A stretch of DNA of 64,000 bases from Octopus vulgaris (GCA_951406725.2 OX597824.1:21514001-21578000), one strand, 5' to 3'; shown: positions 39,831-53,007, counted from the first letter of the stretch. Numbers and translations are program-made. Notes: generated by a model not told the origin, from the letters alone.

Positions 39831-42778
39831 CTAAATTTACTTAACACCTGATTGATTATAGACAGGAGACTTAAAAGAACCACAGTACTTCAGGTAGCTC
39901 AAAATAGGCTGGTATTTATGGTGGATTTACTTGGACTGATATTTTCTGACTGATGTTGCTATTTGTGGTGTTCTGATTCCTTCAGAAGACTTGTATTATC
40001 CACGAAGAAAGAAGAAGCTTGCAGGTGATGTGTGACACATCTTAGAATTTCCTTGCAAAGGAATTTATTTTTCGTGGATATATACTATTGTTATTTTTAG
40101 AGAGTGTTGTTGTCAAGGACAGCGAGCTGGCGGAAGCATTAAAGCTATAGACTAAATGGTTCTTTATGTTCTGGGTTCAAATCCTGCCAGGGTAAACTCA
40201 GCCTTTCATCCTTCCATGTCAGTAAAACAAGCATCAATCATACTAAGGTTAATGGTATCAACTTACCATTAAAGGCGGCGAGCTGGCAGAATTGTTAGCA
40301 CGCCGGGTGAAATGCTTAGCAGTATTTTGTCTGCCACTACGTTCTAAGTTCAAATTCCGCTGAGGTCGACTTTACCTTTCATCCTTTCGGGGTCGATTAA
40401 ATAAGTACCAGTTATGCACTGGGGTTGATATAATCGACTTAATCCGTTTGCCTGCCCTTGTTTGTCCTCTCTGTGTTTAGCCCCTTGTGGGTAGTAAAGA
40501 AATTGAAATAGGTATCAATTTACCATCTCCCCTCAAAATTGCTGGCTTTGTCTTTAAACGCGAAACCATTATAAGAGGGTGTTGTATGGCAGTGGTGGGG
40601 CAAAACGGTTTGAATGTTAGGAAAATGTACCTTGCAGTATTTTGGTCATCATTTTAGTTTCTGAGCTCGTGTTGCCTTTCATCCATTTGGGGTCAATAAA
40701 ATAAAGTACAAGGGTTGATTTAATCAATGAACCCTCTCCCCCAAAACTGTTGGCATTATATCTAATTTAGAAACAATTATCATTGCAGAACACCAAGGTG
40801 GCAGGATTGTTAGCACACCCGGTGAAATGCTGAGTGGCATTTCGTTTACCTTGATGTTCTGAGTTCAAATCTCACCAAAGTTGACTTTGCCTTTCATCCT
40901 TTCAGGGTCGATAAATTAAGTACCAGTGAAACACTGGGGTCGATGTAACCAACTAGCTCCCTCCTCCAAATTTCAGGCCTATAGTAGAAAGGATTATTAT
41001 TATTACAAATTCCGCTGAGGTCCACTTTGCCTTTCATCCTTTCAGGGTTGATAAATTAAGTACCAGTGAAACACTGGGGTCGATGTAATTGACTGGCCAC
41101 CCTCCCCTAAATTTCAGGCCTTGTGCCTATAGGAGAAAGGATTATTAGGGAACACTAAGATGGCAAACTGGCAGGATTGTTGTTAGCACGCCTGTCAAAG
41201 TGCTTAGTGGCATTTCGTCTGGCATTACATTCTGAGTTCAAATTCTACAGAGGTTTGTTTTACCTTTCATCCTTTCAGGGTCAATAAAATAAAATACCAG
41301 TTGAGCACAGAGGTTGATGCAACCAACTGCCCCTTCCCCCAAAATTTCAGGCCCCAAAATAGCAGGAAAGATTATTAGGTAGCTCTGGATTAACTAACAG
41401 TAATTGGATTGGCAAAATTATTCCAGTGTGAGATAATATACCTTGCTCTGTACGATCCGAGTTCAAATCCTGTCAGGATCATCCTTGGTCTTCATCCTTC
41501 CTAGGTTAGAAAGTGAAAGACCAATCAAATGTTGGAGATAATATCATCAACTGTTCCCCCTCCCCACAAAATTCTGACATTGTGTTCAAGTTGGACACTA
41601 TTATTATTATTATTTCATGCTTGTATCAGGTCTTACCTATATTCTTCAAACCATGCAATTGGCAAGAAGTTTTGGAATCTGGGAATGTTGTGTGTAAGAG
41701 AAGAATTTTTATGAGACTGAAAATAGTGCTGAGTAAAGTTTGCAGGTAATCTTAATAGAAATGGCAATGGAAACATTTGTGTTGCTTAAAATAATAATAA
41801 TAATGTATATTATAGTATACAGTGCTCAGGTGCACCACAACTTGTCAGAAGTGTGTATAAAGTATATGCAGTAATGTACAAATGTCTGGAAAGCGAACAG
41901 TGTATGAGTCAGATAGATGCTTGCGTGTGTATGGAGGGGAGAAAATCAGGTGTAGTGTTGGCGAATCTCAGGAAGCATGGAAGTTTTGAAGGATGCAGTG
42001 CTTCTGTCATAAAAGTAGAATTATTCTGTCATATAAGTCTGTCATAAAAAAAAGGGAAAGCTTGGAGAGTGTTTCTGGATGGATGAGTGAATTCGATGTT
42101 GCTCAAAGGGGTACAAAACTAGCATGATGCAGCAGGGGTAAACCAACATATGCTGTCTGGCCCTGCTACTGATATTGGGGGTTGCGCTCTATGCTTTGAC
42201 CATAGGACAGGGCTTGCCTCTCTGAGCTGGGAAATGAATGGAATGCCTGGTGTGTGTCTTGTTGTGGCTACCCCCTCCTAAAAAAATGGGGAATAGACCT
42301 GGGTATATGTATGTATATGTATAAAATATATGTAGAAAATTATTGGATTTCTAGTTTAGCAATTTAACTTTCTGCATTTGCTGAACCCTTTTGTTATCAT
42401 ATTTCTGGTAAATTGCCCTTTTTTTTGTTTCATTTAATTTTGAAAATAATGAAGAATTTTAAAAAATACCTTTACCATGATTAAAAGTGGTATTTGTAAC
42501 ATAATGACCATGAAATTTTAATGGACATTTTTAATATAGATCATTTTCATCAGGAAGTTTGTGTCACAGAAGTCATAGAACCAAGGGTAGTGCCAGATGG
42601 TTTGGTATCAAAAGGGTTAAGAGGAAATAAACAACATGGTTATTTTTTTCCTGTTTTTCTTTTATTTCTTTTTTAGAAAAAATTTCTGTGGAAATGTGAT
42701 AATTCTTTGTTTTATGAAAAGTATTGATGTTTTATGAAATGTATGTCTAAATTAATTTTGTCCTTTTTATTTTTGCAG

Positions 42779-42824
42779 TTCCTACGAGCGACGATCTTGG
42801 TTGTACTCCTGAATCCTCTCCTGA
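42779..42824 (+). CDS. BRSK2: BRSK/SAD exon (VPTSDDLGCTPESSPE)
   Basis: Boundaries ttttgcag|...|gtgagt. The VPT...TPESSPE motif is present. 46 nt, phase 1 to 2. Confidence 0.93.
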
Positions 42825-43142
42825 GTGAGTAAATGTTTTGGTAACTTTTTTGGGAATTGTGTCTGTGATCAGGTCTTCAATGCACAACAGAGACCCTCCA
42901 TCACATTATATTTTTGTACAATACTATCTCAAAAAAATCTGAATATAATGGCGTTTATGTACTCTAACCCTTTAGCATTCAGATTAAATTAATTTTCATG
43001 AATTATGTGTCTTAATTATGTAATTATTGAATCGGTTATGCTTATTCCTAATGAAACAGCTGTTGAAAGTACTTAACTGATGATCTATCTGTGAAATTTA
43101 TGCTTTTCTACCTTTTATAATAAACATACACATTATATATAT

Positions 43143-43284
43143 GTATATATATTATTCAAAGGAATTCCAATTCTGTCTGTTTTTTATGTTTTATTTATAT
43201 GCTTTATAATATTAATGTAGAATATAGAATATAAATAAAACATAAAAAACAGACAGACTTGGAATTCCTTTGAATAATATATAC
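43143..43284. repeat. Inverted repeat (~56-bp arms, ~28-nt loop) within (TA)n
   Basis: Arms tattattcaaaggaattccaattctgtctgttttttatgttttatttatat and atataaataaaacataaaaaacagacagacttggaattcctttgaataata. Confidence 0.9.
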
Positions 43285-43519
43285 CCCTCCGTACACAATC
43301 ATACAAACCCCTATATATATATATATATTTACAACTTATAGACAAGGGCCCTTGTTTATAAGTTGTTTATAAATTTAACATTTAAAGGTATTTTTTAATA
43401 TGCTGGCCATTGATAGAATTTTTTCGAAAAATTTTATCCTATATTGGACGTATATATATATATATATATATGTTGTCATTTGTTGCTGTGGCTGTAAAAC
43501 CATGTTCATATATTTTCAG

Positions 43520-43643
43520 AATGACAAAACGGTCATGGTTTGGTGCTCTAATGGGAACAGAGCGAGAAGAACATCACTTTGTTATCGTACGTGACAAACC
43601 CTTGAGTCAAGTGAAAGCAGATTTAGTTCATGCTTTCCTTTCA
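43520..43643 (+). CDS. BRSK2: BRSK/SAD exon: AIS and KA1 start (MTKRSWFGALMGTEREEHHFVIVRDKPLSQVKADLVHAFLS)
   Basis: Boundaries ttttcag|...|gtaagt. It carries the K(K/R)SWFG autoinhibitory motif and DKPLS..KAD.VHAFLS. 124 nt, phase 2 to 0. Confidence 0.96.
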
Positions 43644-45400
43644 GTAAGTGCAGCCCTTTTTTTAATTTTTTTTTTTTTGTTAATTACAAAAAATAGAACT
43701 ATTAATTATTTCCCTATGATTTTATTTGGTTAATTGCTGCAGAAAAATTGTTTGTATTGTTTTCTTATTTTAAATTGATTTTAAACTCGTCTTACTATGT
43801 TTACCATATCTCTAATTCTACTGTACCATGCTAGATGTTCTTGTGTTAATTGCTGTTGCCTTGTGTGTGTGTAATGTCCATTGATATCTTTTGGCTGATG
43901 TTTTTCCTTCCTATTTATCAAAGAAAGCACATGCACACAAGCACTTTCACATACACCTAGTGGCAGCATCTGTTTAGGAACTGCAGAACTGCAGCACCCC
44001 CTATTTCCACTCGATATTATCGATAACATTCAATATAATGAGTCCATTTTTCTTTAATTCTTTCTTTATACTTGTACATTGTATAATCGGAGGCGCAATG
44101 GGCCAGTGGTTAGGGCAGCAGACTCGCGTTCATAGGATTGCGGTTTCGATTCCCAGATCGGGCGTTGTGAGTGTTTATTGAGCGAAAACACCTAAAAGCT
44201 CCACGAGGCTCCGGCAGGGGATGGTGGTGATCCCTGCTGTACTCTTTCACCACAACTTTCTCTCACTCTTACTTCCTGTTTCTGTTGTACCTGTATTTCA
44301 AGGGGCCTGCCTTGTCACTCTCTGTGTCACGCTGAATATCCCCGAGAACTACGTTAAGGGTGCATGTGTCTGTGGAGTGCTCAGCTACTTACACGTTAAT
44401 TTCACGAGCAGGCTGTTCCGTTGATTCGGATCAACCGGAACCCTCATCATCGTAACCGACGGATGCTTCCATCTATCCACATTAATGTCAACAGCCATTC
44501 CCTAGTTTATGAAAAAAATACAAAAATATTTGTATAGAACTGTGCACTTTACAGTTCCAGCGATGAGGTGTTTCGCTGTTGTGCACATGCTCACATGTCT
44601 GAGATGGGAAGCTTCATGCTAGGGAGAGACAGCACTGTTGTTCACGCAGTGCTGGTGAAAGGTAGTGTTTCTTTTTCACTTCACGTGTGTTGTACTTAAA
44701 AACGTGTTTATATTCTTGAATGTGAATAAAGTGTAGAATTAGATTATTATCCTGCTTCCAGCTTCAGTGTTGTTGAAAAATAGGGCTGAATTTTCCCTCT
44801 TATATTGTAATTTAGGGGTGGGGGGATTTTTGAAAATCAAGGGGGGAATTTGCAGCAGTGTTCAGTGAATAAATTAAACACACTACCCGGCTGTGACTAA
44901 AACATAAACTGATCGAGTTTATGTATAAATATTTATTTTTATATGTTTGTTTCCTTTTACACAATATTAAAACAGTAGCTAACATTTTTTCTGAAGCTGC
45001 ACCATCACTAATTTTATCTACGAGCTGCCACTGCATATATGTATAGACACAATGGTATTTCCTCCTACCAAAATATTTCTACCCCATAATTTTCAGTGAA
45101 AGCTGCCAATAAAACAAACATCATTCGGATACTTGTATATATATATATATTATTGAACCTTGGGAGGGGCATTATGCCAGTAATAATAAACACACACACA
45201 CTGGTTCGATCCTTTACTGTTATTGTTAGCTAATGGGTTAGTTACTCCGCTAACAAATTTATCAATCAGCCGTTTTTTACTAGTTTTTCCAACTCATATA
45301 TTAAACACTTTGGTCAAATAATTAATCAATAGTTCAAATGTTCATTATTGTTTGTGTTGTCATTTCTGTTTTTTTCCTTCTTTTGTCAAATAATTATTTT

Positions 45401-46227
45401 CGCGATCTTTCGGTACAAATACCATAACTGCCAATTATAAACCCACGTGGGTTTATTTACATTTCTGAAGAATTAAGAAACCCTTTTCCCCCACCCCTAA
45501 CCCTAATTCCACATATATAAAAAAAAACCTTTATGGAAAGTGATGATCTTCTTCAAATAGGTGCCTTCTTCTTATAGGCGCAGGAGTGACTGTGTGGTTA
45601 GTAGCTTCCTTACCAACCACATGGTTCCAGGTTCAGTCCCACTGCGTGGCATCTTGGGCAAGTGTCTTCTACTATAGCCTCAGGTCGACCAAAGCCTTGT
45701 GGGTGGATTTGGAAGACGGAAACTGAAAGAAGCCCGTCGTACATATGTATATATACACATATATCTATCTATCTATCTATCTATATATATATATATGTAT
45801 AAACATAGTAAAAAGGTAATAAAATAAATTATTATTACCGGTGATCTAGCACAAAAGACAAATTAGCCATTAGGCTATATGTTATTCATATATAAGTACA
45901 TTAAAAGGCCTCTAAAAGAAGAAGCAAGTACTATATATATATATATATATATATCTGTCTGTGTTTGTCCCCCCAACATCGCTTGACAACTGATGCTGGT
46001 GTGTTTACGTACCCGTAACTTAGCGGTTCGGCAAAAAGAGACCGATAGAATAAGTACTAGGGCTTACAAAGAATAAGTCCTGGGGTCAACTTTTGCCTGA
46101 CTAAAGGCGGTGCTCCAGCATGGCTGCAGTCAAATGACTGAAACAAGCAAAAATGTAAAAATAAAAAAAAAAAGTAAACGTAAACAAACAGACTTGGCAG
46201 TTATGGTACTCGTACCGAAAGATCGCC
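45401..46227. mobile_element. MITE with ~33-bp TIRs and 8-bp TSD (Merlin-like), with a nested SINE
   Basis: TIRs gcgatctttcggtacaaataccataactgccaa and ttggcagttatggtactcgtaccgaaagatcgc. The flanks are attatttt and attatttc. Confidence 0.7.
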
Positions 46228-46719
46228 ATTATTTCATCTCACCGTTGCAATCTCTTCAGTGACACACACCTCTTATTACTTTCATTTCTTTTGTGGAGGC
46301 ACATGGCGTAGTGGTTAGAGCAGCGGACTCGGGGTCGACGGATCGCGGGTTCAAATCTCAGACTGGGCGATGCGTGTGTTTAGGAGCGAAACACCTAAGC
46401 TCCATGCGACTCCGGCAGAAGGCAATGGCGAACTTCTGCTGACTCTTTCACCACAACTTTCTCTCACTCTTTCCTCCTGCATCTTGCAGCTCACCTGCGA
46501 CGGGCCAGTGTCCCGTCCAGGTGGGGAACCTATACGCCAAAGAAACCGGGAAAATGGCCCTTATGATCCACATATGGCTCGAGAGGGAACAAACAACATT
46601 TTTTCATTTCTTTTTTTTTATTTTATCTAGTTTCAGCTCACGAGCTGTGGCCATGCTGGGGCACCGCCATTTCTTTTGTATATATATTTCTAATTATATT
46701 CCCTCGTTGTTTCGTTTAG

Positions 46720-46894
46720 ACTCCAGATATGAGTCACAGTGTTGTCTCAACTACAACGTTCCGAGCAGAATACAGGAGATCCAGCAGTGCTTCCATGTTT
46801 TCCCGTAATGTTCGATTTCAAGTGGATATCTCTCCCTCACCAGGTTATGAGAACAACGGAGAATCCTACTGCTTGACATTTACCCTGATTTCAG
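46720..46894 (+). CDS. BRSK2: BRSK/SAD exon: KA1 domain (TPDMSHSVVSTTTFRAEYRR...VRFQVDI...YCLTFTLISG)
   Basis: Boundaries gtttag|...CAG|gtaatc. The SHSV..FRAEY, FQVDI and TFTL.SG motifs are present. 175 nt, phase 0 to 1. Confidence 0.96.
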
Positions 46895-48056
46895 GTAATC
46901 TCAGGTGTTCTTTTCTTTTTTTTCTTTTTTCTTTTTGGGGTATATTTTATTCTGTATATATTTTACATGTAATCAGGTTGGCCTTTTTCGTTGTTGGTCA
47001 ATAGTGTTGCAGAGACTGTGACAACCATCTCTGCTGTGCCTGGGGGTACTTCCAGAAGCAAGTGCCTGGCCCCAAGCACATATATCTTCCTTCCATTCAT
47101 GGATATGTTCCCAAGGAAAGACAAGTCAAATACATTTGCAGCTCCCATAGAGCTGCAGGAATTCCAGATGTTGGTTAAGTATAACTGTATATATTTGCCT
47201 TAGGGTCCCACCCTCTGGATTTTCTGTTGTGGTTTACTCCCTTCTGTAATCCATCATCATCATCATCATCATGTAAACACACCAGCATCGGTTGTCAAGC
47301 GATGTTGTGGGGATAAACACAGACACACAGGCATACACACACACACACACACATATATATACACACATATATGTATACATATATACGACGAGCTTCTTTC
47401 AGTTTCCATCTACCAAATCCACTCACAAGGTTTTAGTCGACTCAAGACTATAGCAGAAGACATTTGCCCAAGGTGCCATGCAGCAGGATTGAACCTGGAA
47501 CCATGTGGTTGGTAAGCAAGCTACTTACCACACAGCCACTCCTGCGCTTGAACTCAGAACGTAACAACAGAAGAAATACCTATTTCTTTACTACCCACAA
47601 GGGGACAAACAAGGACAGACAAACGGATTAAGTCGATTACATCAACTCCAGTGCGTAACTGGTACTTGTTTAATCGACCCCGAAAGGATGAAATACTGCA
47701 AAGTATTTCGCCCGACGTGCTAACGATTCTGCCAGCTCGCCGCCTTATAACATCAGTCATTTTACTAAATTCTTCATAGTTCTTTAGTTAATGGAAACAA
47801 GCACAGTGAATTTTATTGCAAATATGGTAACAAAAAGGTTAAGCAGGTGTTTGGAAATTTGGATGGGCAGTTTTAATTCAGAGCATTTTAAAACAAGAAG
47901 TTTGTACCGTAGAACCAGAGGTGGTCTCAAGTAAGTTGGTATCAAAAGGCATAGTACAAAGTGTATGACAAACGGTAGACTTTAAACTGTTTCAGTATTG
48001 AGTAAAGGGAGATAATTAGTGTCAGTTCTGGAGCTATAAACAAACATACATACACA

Positions 48057-48108
<52 letters not shown>

Positions 48109-48345
48109 CATGCATACATATATATGTGTGTGTGTGTATGCATATATATATATATATATATATGTTTATATACACACACATATACACAAGTGAGTGATAA
48201 ATGGAAAAGACGCACTCAACACATCTAATATGTGTATATATATATATACACACACACACGTACATACATATATATATATGTATATAATATATATACATAT
48301 ATAATATATATGTGTGTGTGTGTGTATATATATACACACACACGC

Positions 48346-48407
<62 letters not shown>

Positions 48408-48681
48408 GTATATATATACATATAAATGTAGGTATGTGCATATATGTATGCATATATGCATATATTTATATATTATTTATATTATATATATGTATGTATT
48501 CATGCATGAGTGTAGAAAGCATGCCAGAGCAGATATTAGTGGTATTATGCCATGCCCCGACCCTGGATTCTGCCAACTGTCCAACCCTTGCCAGCATGGA
48601 AGACAGACGTTAAAGAATGATAATGATGATGATGACATACTTATATAATATTCATATATGCATAATTCTGTCCATCTGTAT

Positions 48682-48995
48682 CATTGGTTCTCAACCATTT
48701 TTTTTTTGCCTGCGGACCCCTTGTGGTTCCTATTTTACTCAGGTGAACCTTCATAGCTATTCAGTGTCTAAGAAAAAAGACCCTATTATATTTTTATTCT
48801 TGTATTCTTTTATTTCTTTCAGTCATTTGACTGCGGCCATGCTGGAGCACCATTATTAGGAACTGTATAAAGAAAATGTTAAAATATTTTGTGTATTACA
48901 GAAGTAAAAACCAAGGTATCGCGCAGGAATTTCAAGAACAAAATCTTATGTGGACCCCACCAAGGGCCATAGGGTCCTCTGGTTGAGAACCCCTG
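48682..48995. mobile_element. hAT/Charlie-like MITE
   Basis: TIRs cattggttctcaacc and ggttgagaacccctg, with a degenerate 8-bp TSD (atctgtat/atgtttat). Confidence 0.7.
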
Positions 48996-49033
48996 ATGTT
49001 TATTTTTATTTACTTTTTTTTTTTTTTGGTTAG

Positions 49034-49203
49034 GGCCAACTCGACGCTTTAAGAGAATCTGTGAATACATTCAAGCTCTGTTACTGACTCCACGTGGAGA
49101 GAGAGAAATAACTCGAAGAATAAGCACTGACAGTTCTTCATCATATTCATCGGAAATGTCGCCTACCCATAACGCCAGTCCCCGAGATACTACGGAAGAT
49201 GAG
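49034..49203 (+). CDS. BRSK2: BRSK/SAD exon: KA1 end and start of tail (GPTRRFKRICEYIQALLL...RDTTEDE)
   Basis: Poly-T tract plus ggttag|...GAG|gtaacg. It matches BRSK GPSRRFKRVVETIQAQLL. 170 nt, phase 1 to 0. Confidence 0.93.
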
Positions 49204-49493
49204 GTAACGGTTGGTTGAATGAGTTTTCTCAGTTATATTTTTATTACGTCTTCTTTGATTTACCGAAAATGTTTTTCATCTCTGTTTTGCAAATGGGTTC
49301 AAAAATTTAACTCTTGAAATTTCATTGTTCAGTATTTTTCAACAATTCACATATTTTTAAAAACTTTTTTTATTGAATTGATCAATCAGTTGAGAAACAT
49401 TGTCTTACTACGAAGAGAAGCTTAATATTTTCATTCTTTAATTTCTGTTAAAATACCTGCAAAGATTACGGGAACTCTAAATATAGATTCCCA

Positions 49494-49539
<46 letters not shown>

Positions 49540-49540
49540 T

Positions 49541-49792
49541 GATATAGTGCATGTTTAAACACATGAGGAATTCACTCATAGGAATTCAACATGCTAGAAA
49601 GAACAGCTAGGTTCTATAACCACAAAAATTAGGGATAAAATTCAACAGGAACAATGGTAAAATGTTTTTATTTTTCATTTCGTTCCTGTCACATTTTATC
49701 CCTAATTTTTGTGGTTATGAACCTAGCTGTTCTTTCTAGCGTGTTGAATTCCTATAAGTAGATTCCTTATGTGTTTAAATATACACTATATC
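49541..49792. repeat. Long inverted repeat (~110-bp arms) next to (TA)n
   Basis: Left arm gatatagtg...ggaattcaacatgctagaaagaacagctaggttc...aaaattagggataaaa, with its reverse complement at 49682-49792. Confidence 0.9.
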
Positions 49793-50122
49793 GTATGACT
49801 AATATATAGTCTTTTGGACTAAATTTTTACACGTTAGACCACTGGAAATGTAAATTCTAATTATTTTCCATTTCCCTTTGATATGATTAAATATATATAT
49901 AAATATATATACATATGTATGTATGTATATATATACATGTTTCATTTGAACCAATTATTTGTGTAACTTAATATAACCTTATGGAAATATAATTGATTTT
50001 AAATTTACAAAATGTTTATATAAAATGCTTTCCGCTTCCAAAATCACCTGAAAATATCAGACTAAAAGATTAAATTCTTCTATGTGTCTGATTTTGCTCT
50101 TTTCTTATTAAATCATTAACAG

Positions 50123-50160
50123 CCAGATTTGCTTGAAGCAAAGATGATTAATTCTACAAG
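50123..50160 (+). CDS. Candidate C-terminal exon (PDLLEAKMINST)
   Basis: Pyrimidine tract plus aacag acceptor and AAG|gtattt donor. It is open in phase 0 after exon 49203. No homology support. Confidence 0.4.
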
Positions 50161-50512
50161 GTATTTAATAAACGAAAAATCCATTTTTAATCGAAGGTTT
50201 CAAAAATAACAAACGTACATATATTTGTCGTTTTAGTTTCATTATCAATAATTGCAAAGTTTAATTTTATTTTAAACAAATTTTAAACAAAATATCTCAT
50301 AAATTAGTCTCTTATATTTAAATATTCCAGTATATTATCAGCATTGTAGCTCTTGGTAGTTTTTGCTTATGAAAGTCACTTTTATAGTACTGATTCGATT
50401 TAACCATATTTCAAGCTAGCTTCTGGATTCTTCATCCTTGAAATCTCTGCTAATGACAGAAGTTCCAACTTGATAAGAATTATCTCTGATTTTAAAAGCA
50501 TAAGGATTACTG

Positions 50513-50740
50513 TTAATCCATTAGCATTCGGATTACTCTGTCATATGTAATGCTTGTTTATTCCCTTTGTTTGGAATTAATCACCAAAAATCTCTTAGCT
50601 TCTATATTTCAATTATGTGTTTGCTTATTCTTAGAATGACATTGTAGGGTAAGTGTAAGAAGCTAGATCTGGTTGATTTGAACATGAAACGGATAGAATA
50701 TTTGGGCCTGATATGGCTGGTTTAAATGCTAAATGGTTAA
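50513..50740. mobile_element. Second TTAA-flanked MITE family
   Basis: Termini ttaa.ccattagcatt...aatgctaaatgg.ttaa. Related copies lie near 21965-22180 and 28284-28505, with a partial copy near 42966. Confidence 0.65.
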
Positions 50741-51283
50741 ATGTACCTTGTTAAAATGGCAATTTATTACAAGCAGATACAATTTTAGAATAATTCTCAA
50801 ATGCTATATTTTCACAAAAAACTTATCTATGAGATTTTATTCTTTGGTTTTTCTTCTGGTTTTTCTTCCCCATTAGACTCTTGGATTATAATATTTAAAC
50901 TTAGATGGACGAAAAATTATATATAAAATTAAGACCATTGATAAAACATGTAGGTTTATATGATTCACAAGTAATTTCTTGATTTCAGTTAGAATTCATT
51001 GTAGATTTTTATTGTTAAGACATGTTTATACAGCTAAAGGTGTAATATGGGCAAATGGTTAAGAACTTTTCTTTACAACCACAAAGTCCCTGGTTCAATC
51101 CTACTGAGAGGCATTTTGGGCAAATTTTGAACAAATATTTTCTCTTTAGTCTTGGATCAACCCTTATCTTGTGAGTAAAATCAGGTGGATGGAAACTGTG
51201 TCGAAGCCTGTTGAATGAATTTTGCCTGTAATTCAAAGGAACAGCTTTGTTAGACACTGTGCCATGTTGATTCTTATTGAGAA

Positions 51284-51783
51284 CTAGCAGTATCGCCCGG
51301 CGTTGCTCGGGTTTGTAAGCATTTTATAAGCATTTTTAGAGAGTTACTTCCCTTATAAATTCGGGCTTTCTTAGCCATTTTTGTTTTGGTGTCTTCAAGC
51401 CATGAAGTCGTTGTTCTAAAAGAACGCTGGTTTCCTTCACAACGCATTACGACGTTGATTTCTTTACACTCCCTTCCCCACAGCTTCACGAGGGAGGGAA
51501 GGGGGAGAAGCAAACAGGTGCAGCTGTGAGCGTGGACGCCAACTCCGCCGCCATCGACATACGATGCATTTTATGCATTAAAATGGAATAAAAAATGATG
51601 TTAAATTATTTTTAAAATCGTAGACTCATCGTTGACGCGCGCTAATAGTCAGACGGGCTCGATATGAATCACGACTATAAGATACCCGAATTTGGTTAAA
51701 CTGCACCGCAAAATGTGGGAGGAGTTAGGAATCTAAATCGAAGGGGACAGACACTCACACAACTAGAGTTTTATATATATAGA
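51284..51783 (-). mobile_element. Non-autonomous Helitron
   Basis: The minus strand starts TC (atc tatatatataaaac...) and ends with the hairpin cccgagcaacgccggg followed by CTAG. It is inserted between A and T with no TSD. A truncated sibling lies at 54211-54372. Confidence 0.8.
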
Positions 51784-51985
51784 TTACATTAAAGGCACAC
51801 ATTCCGTGGAATACTCAGCCAGCTATACTTTAAATCTGGAGCAAATGATTCAGTTGCTATTCCCACAGGACATGTGGGAATAGACATGGCCAAGTGGTGA
51901 AAAAGTTCGGTCTTACTGCACAGCATTTTGGGCAAGAATGAAATTTCGTTGGTAGAAATGCTGTGCAGAAGTATTACGCAAGTAC

Positions 51986-52022
<37 letters not shown>

Positions 52023-52405
52023 CGCGTGTGTGTGTGTCTGTGTGTGTATTTGCCTGTATGTGAGAGTGTGAATAAACTTTATGCATCAAGGGAAAGTAAC
52101 TTCGAGCTGTTTTAATGCTACCCAAATTATCTCCCCTTATGCCAAAGTCGATGAGTATTTATGTTTCCCCCGAGATCGATAAAATATGTACTACACGAAG
52201 TACAGAAATCAATACAATTGATTGAAACTCCTAAAGGCAGTGTCCCAGCATGGCTACTCTCCAATAATTAAAGCTAATAAAGGATTAATAAAATAAAAGA
52301 AAAGAACATAAGACCAACCAAAACGAAGCCCCCTCAACAGCCATTGCTTCGCATATCTACTATGGATAGGAAAAAATATGTAAATAATTATGGTAGTAAA
52401 ACATA

Positions 52406-53007
52406 TCCAAGAAAGAGCCTGGCATTAACCATCTGATCGTTAAAACCAATGAAAACAGCAACAAACTGTTGTGTTGTAGCTTTCAGTATTTCCAAAGTAC
52501 TTTGGGAAATTAGGTTCTTATAAATCAATGTTGTTTGCTAAAACAGTACTGTTTGTTATCATTGATATTATTTGAGTAATTATGATTATTTATTCAAATG
52601 AGATATCTAGCGGCAGTCTCCATGGCCTTTGCAAGCCATTTGAGTTGATTTGCAAAGGTCATGGACACTGCTTATTTGAATAAATAATTATGATTACTCA
52701 ATTAATATCAATGATAATAGTTTGCTGTTGTTCTTCTTGTTCTTGTTGTTAAGCAACAAGACGGGTAAGGGTGATTAGGTGATGGTCTAGGGCTTTGGGG
52801 CGGGAGACCCCAGACCTTGGAAAAAAAAAAACTTTGGTCGTCTTGTTGTAGTTGAGGGCTCTTCGTTGACGCCCGACACCACTGGGAGGTGGCCCTCGAA
52901 GTCGCTGGAAATGGAGATCTCCAGGTCCAAATTCTTGAAAGGCATAGTTTGTTGCTGTTTTCATTGGTTTTAATGATCAGGGGGTTAGTGGTAGGTTCTG
53001 TCTTGGA
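52406..53007. repeat. Nested inverted repeats: outer ~64-bp arms (52406-52469/52944-53007) and inner hairpin 52557-52717
   Basis: The outer arms read ttaaaaccaatgaaaacagcaacaaact and agtttgttgctgttttcattggttttaa. The inner arms read ttatcattgatatta...ttcaaat and atttgaa...taatatcaatgataa. Confidence 0.88.

Noticed and set aside
50877-50902. Good pyrimidine tract and acceptor (cccattag) in the tail region
   Set aside because: It gives only 4-7 residues before a stop in the compatible phases and cannot be supported without transcripts.
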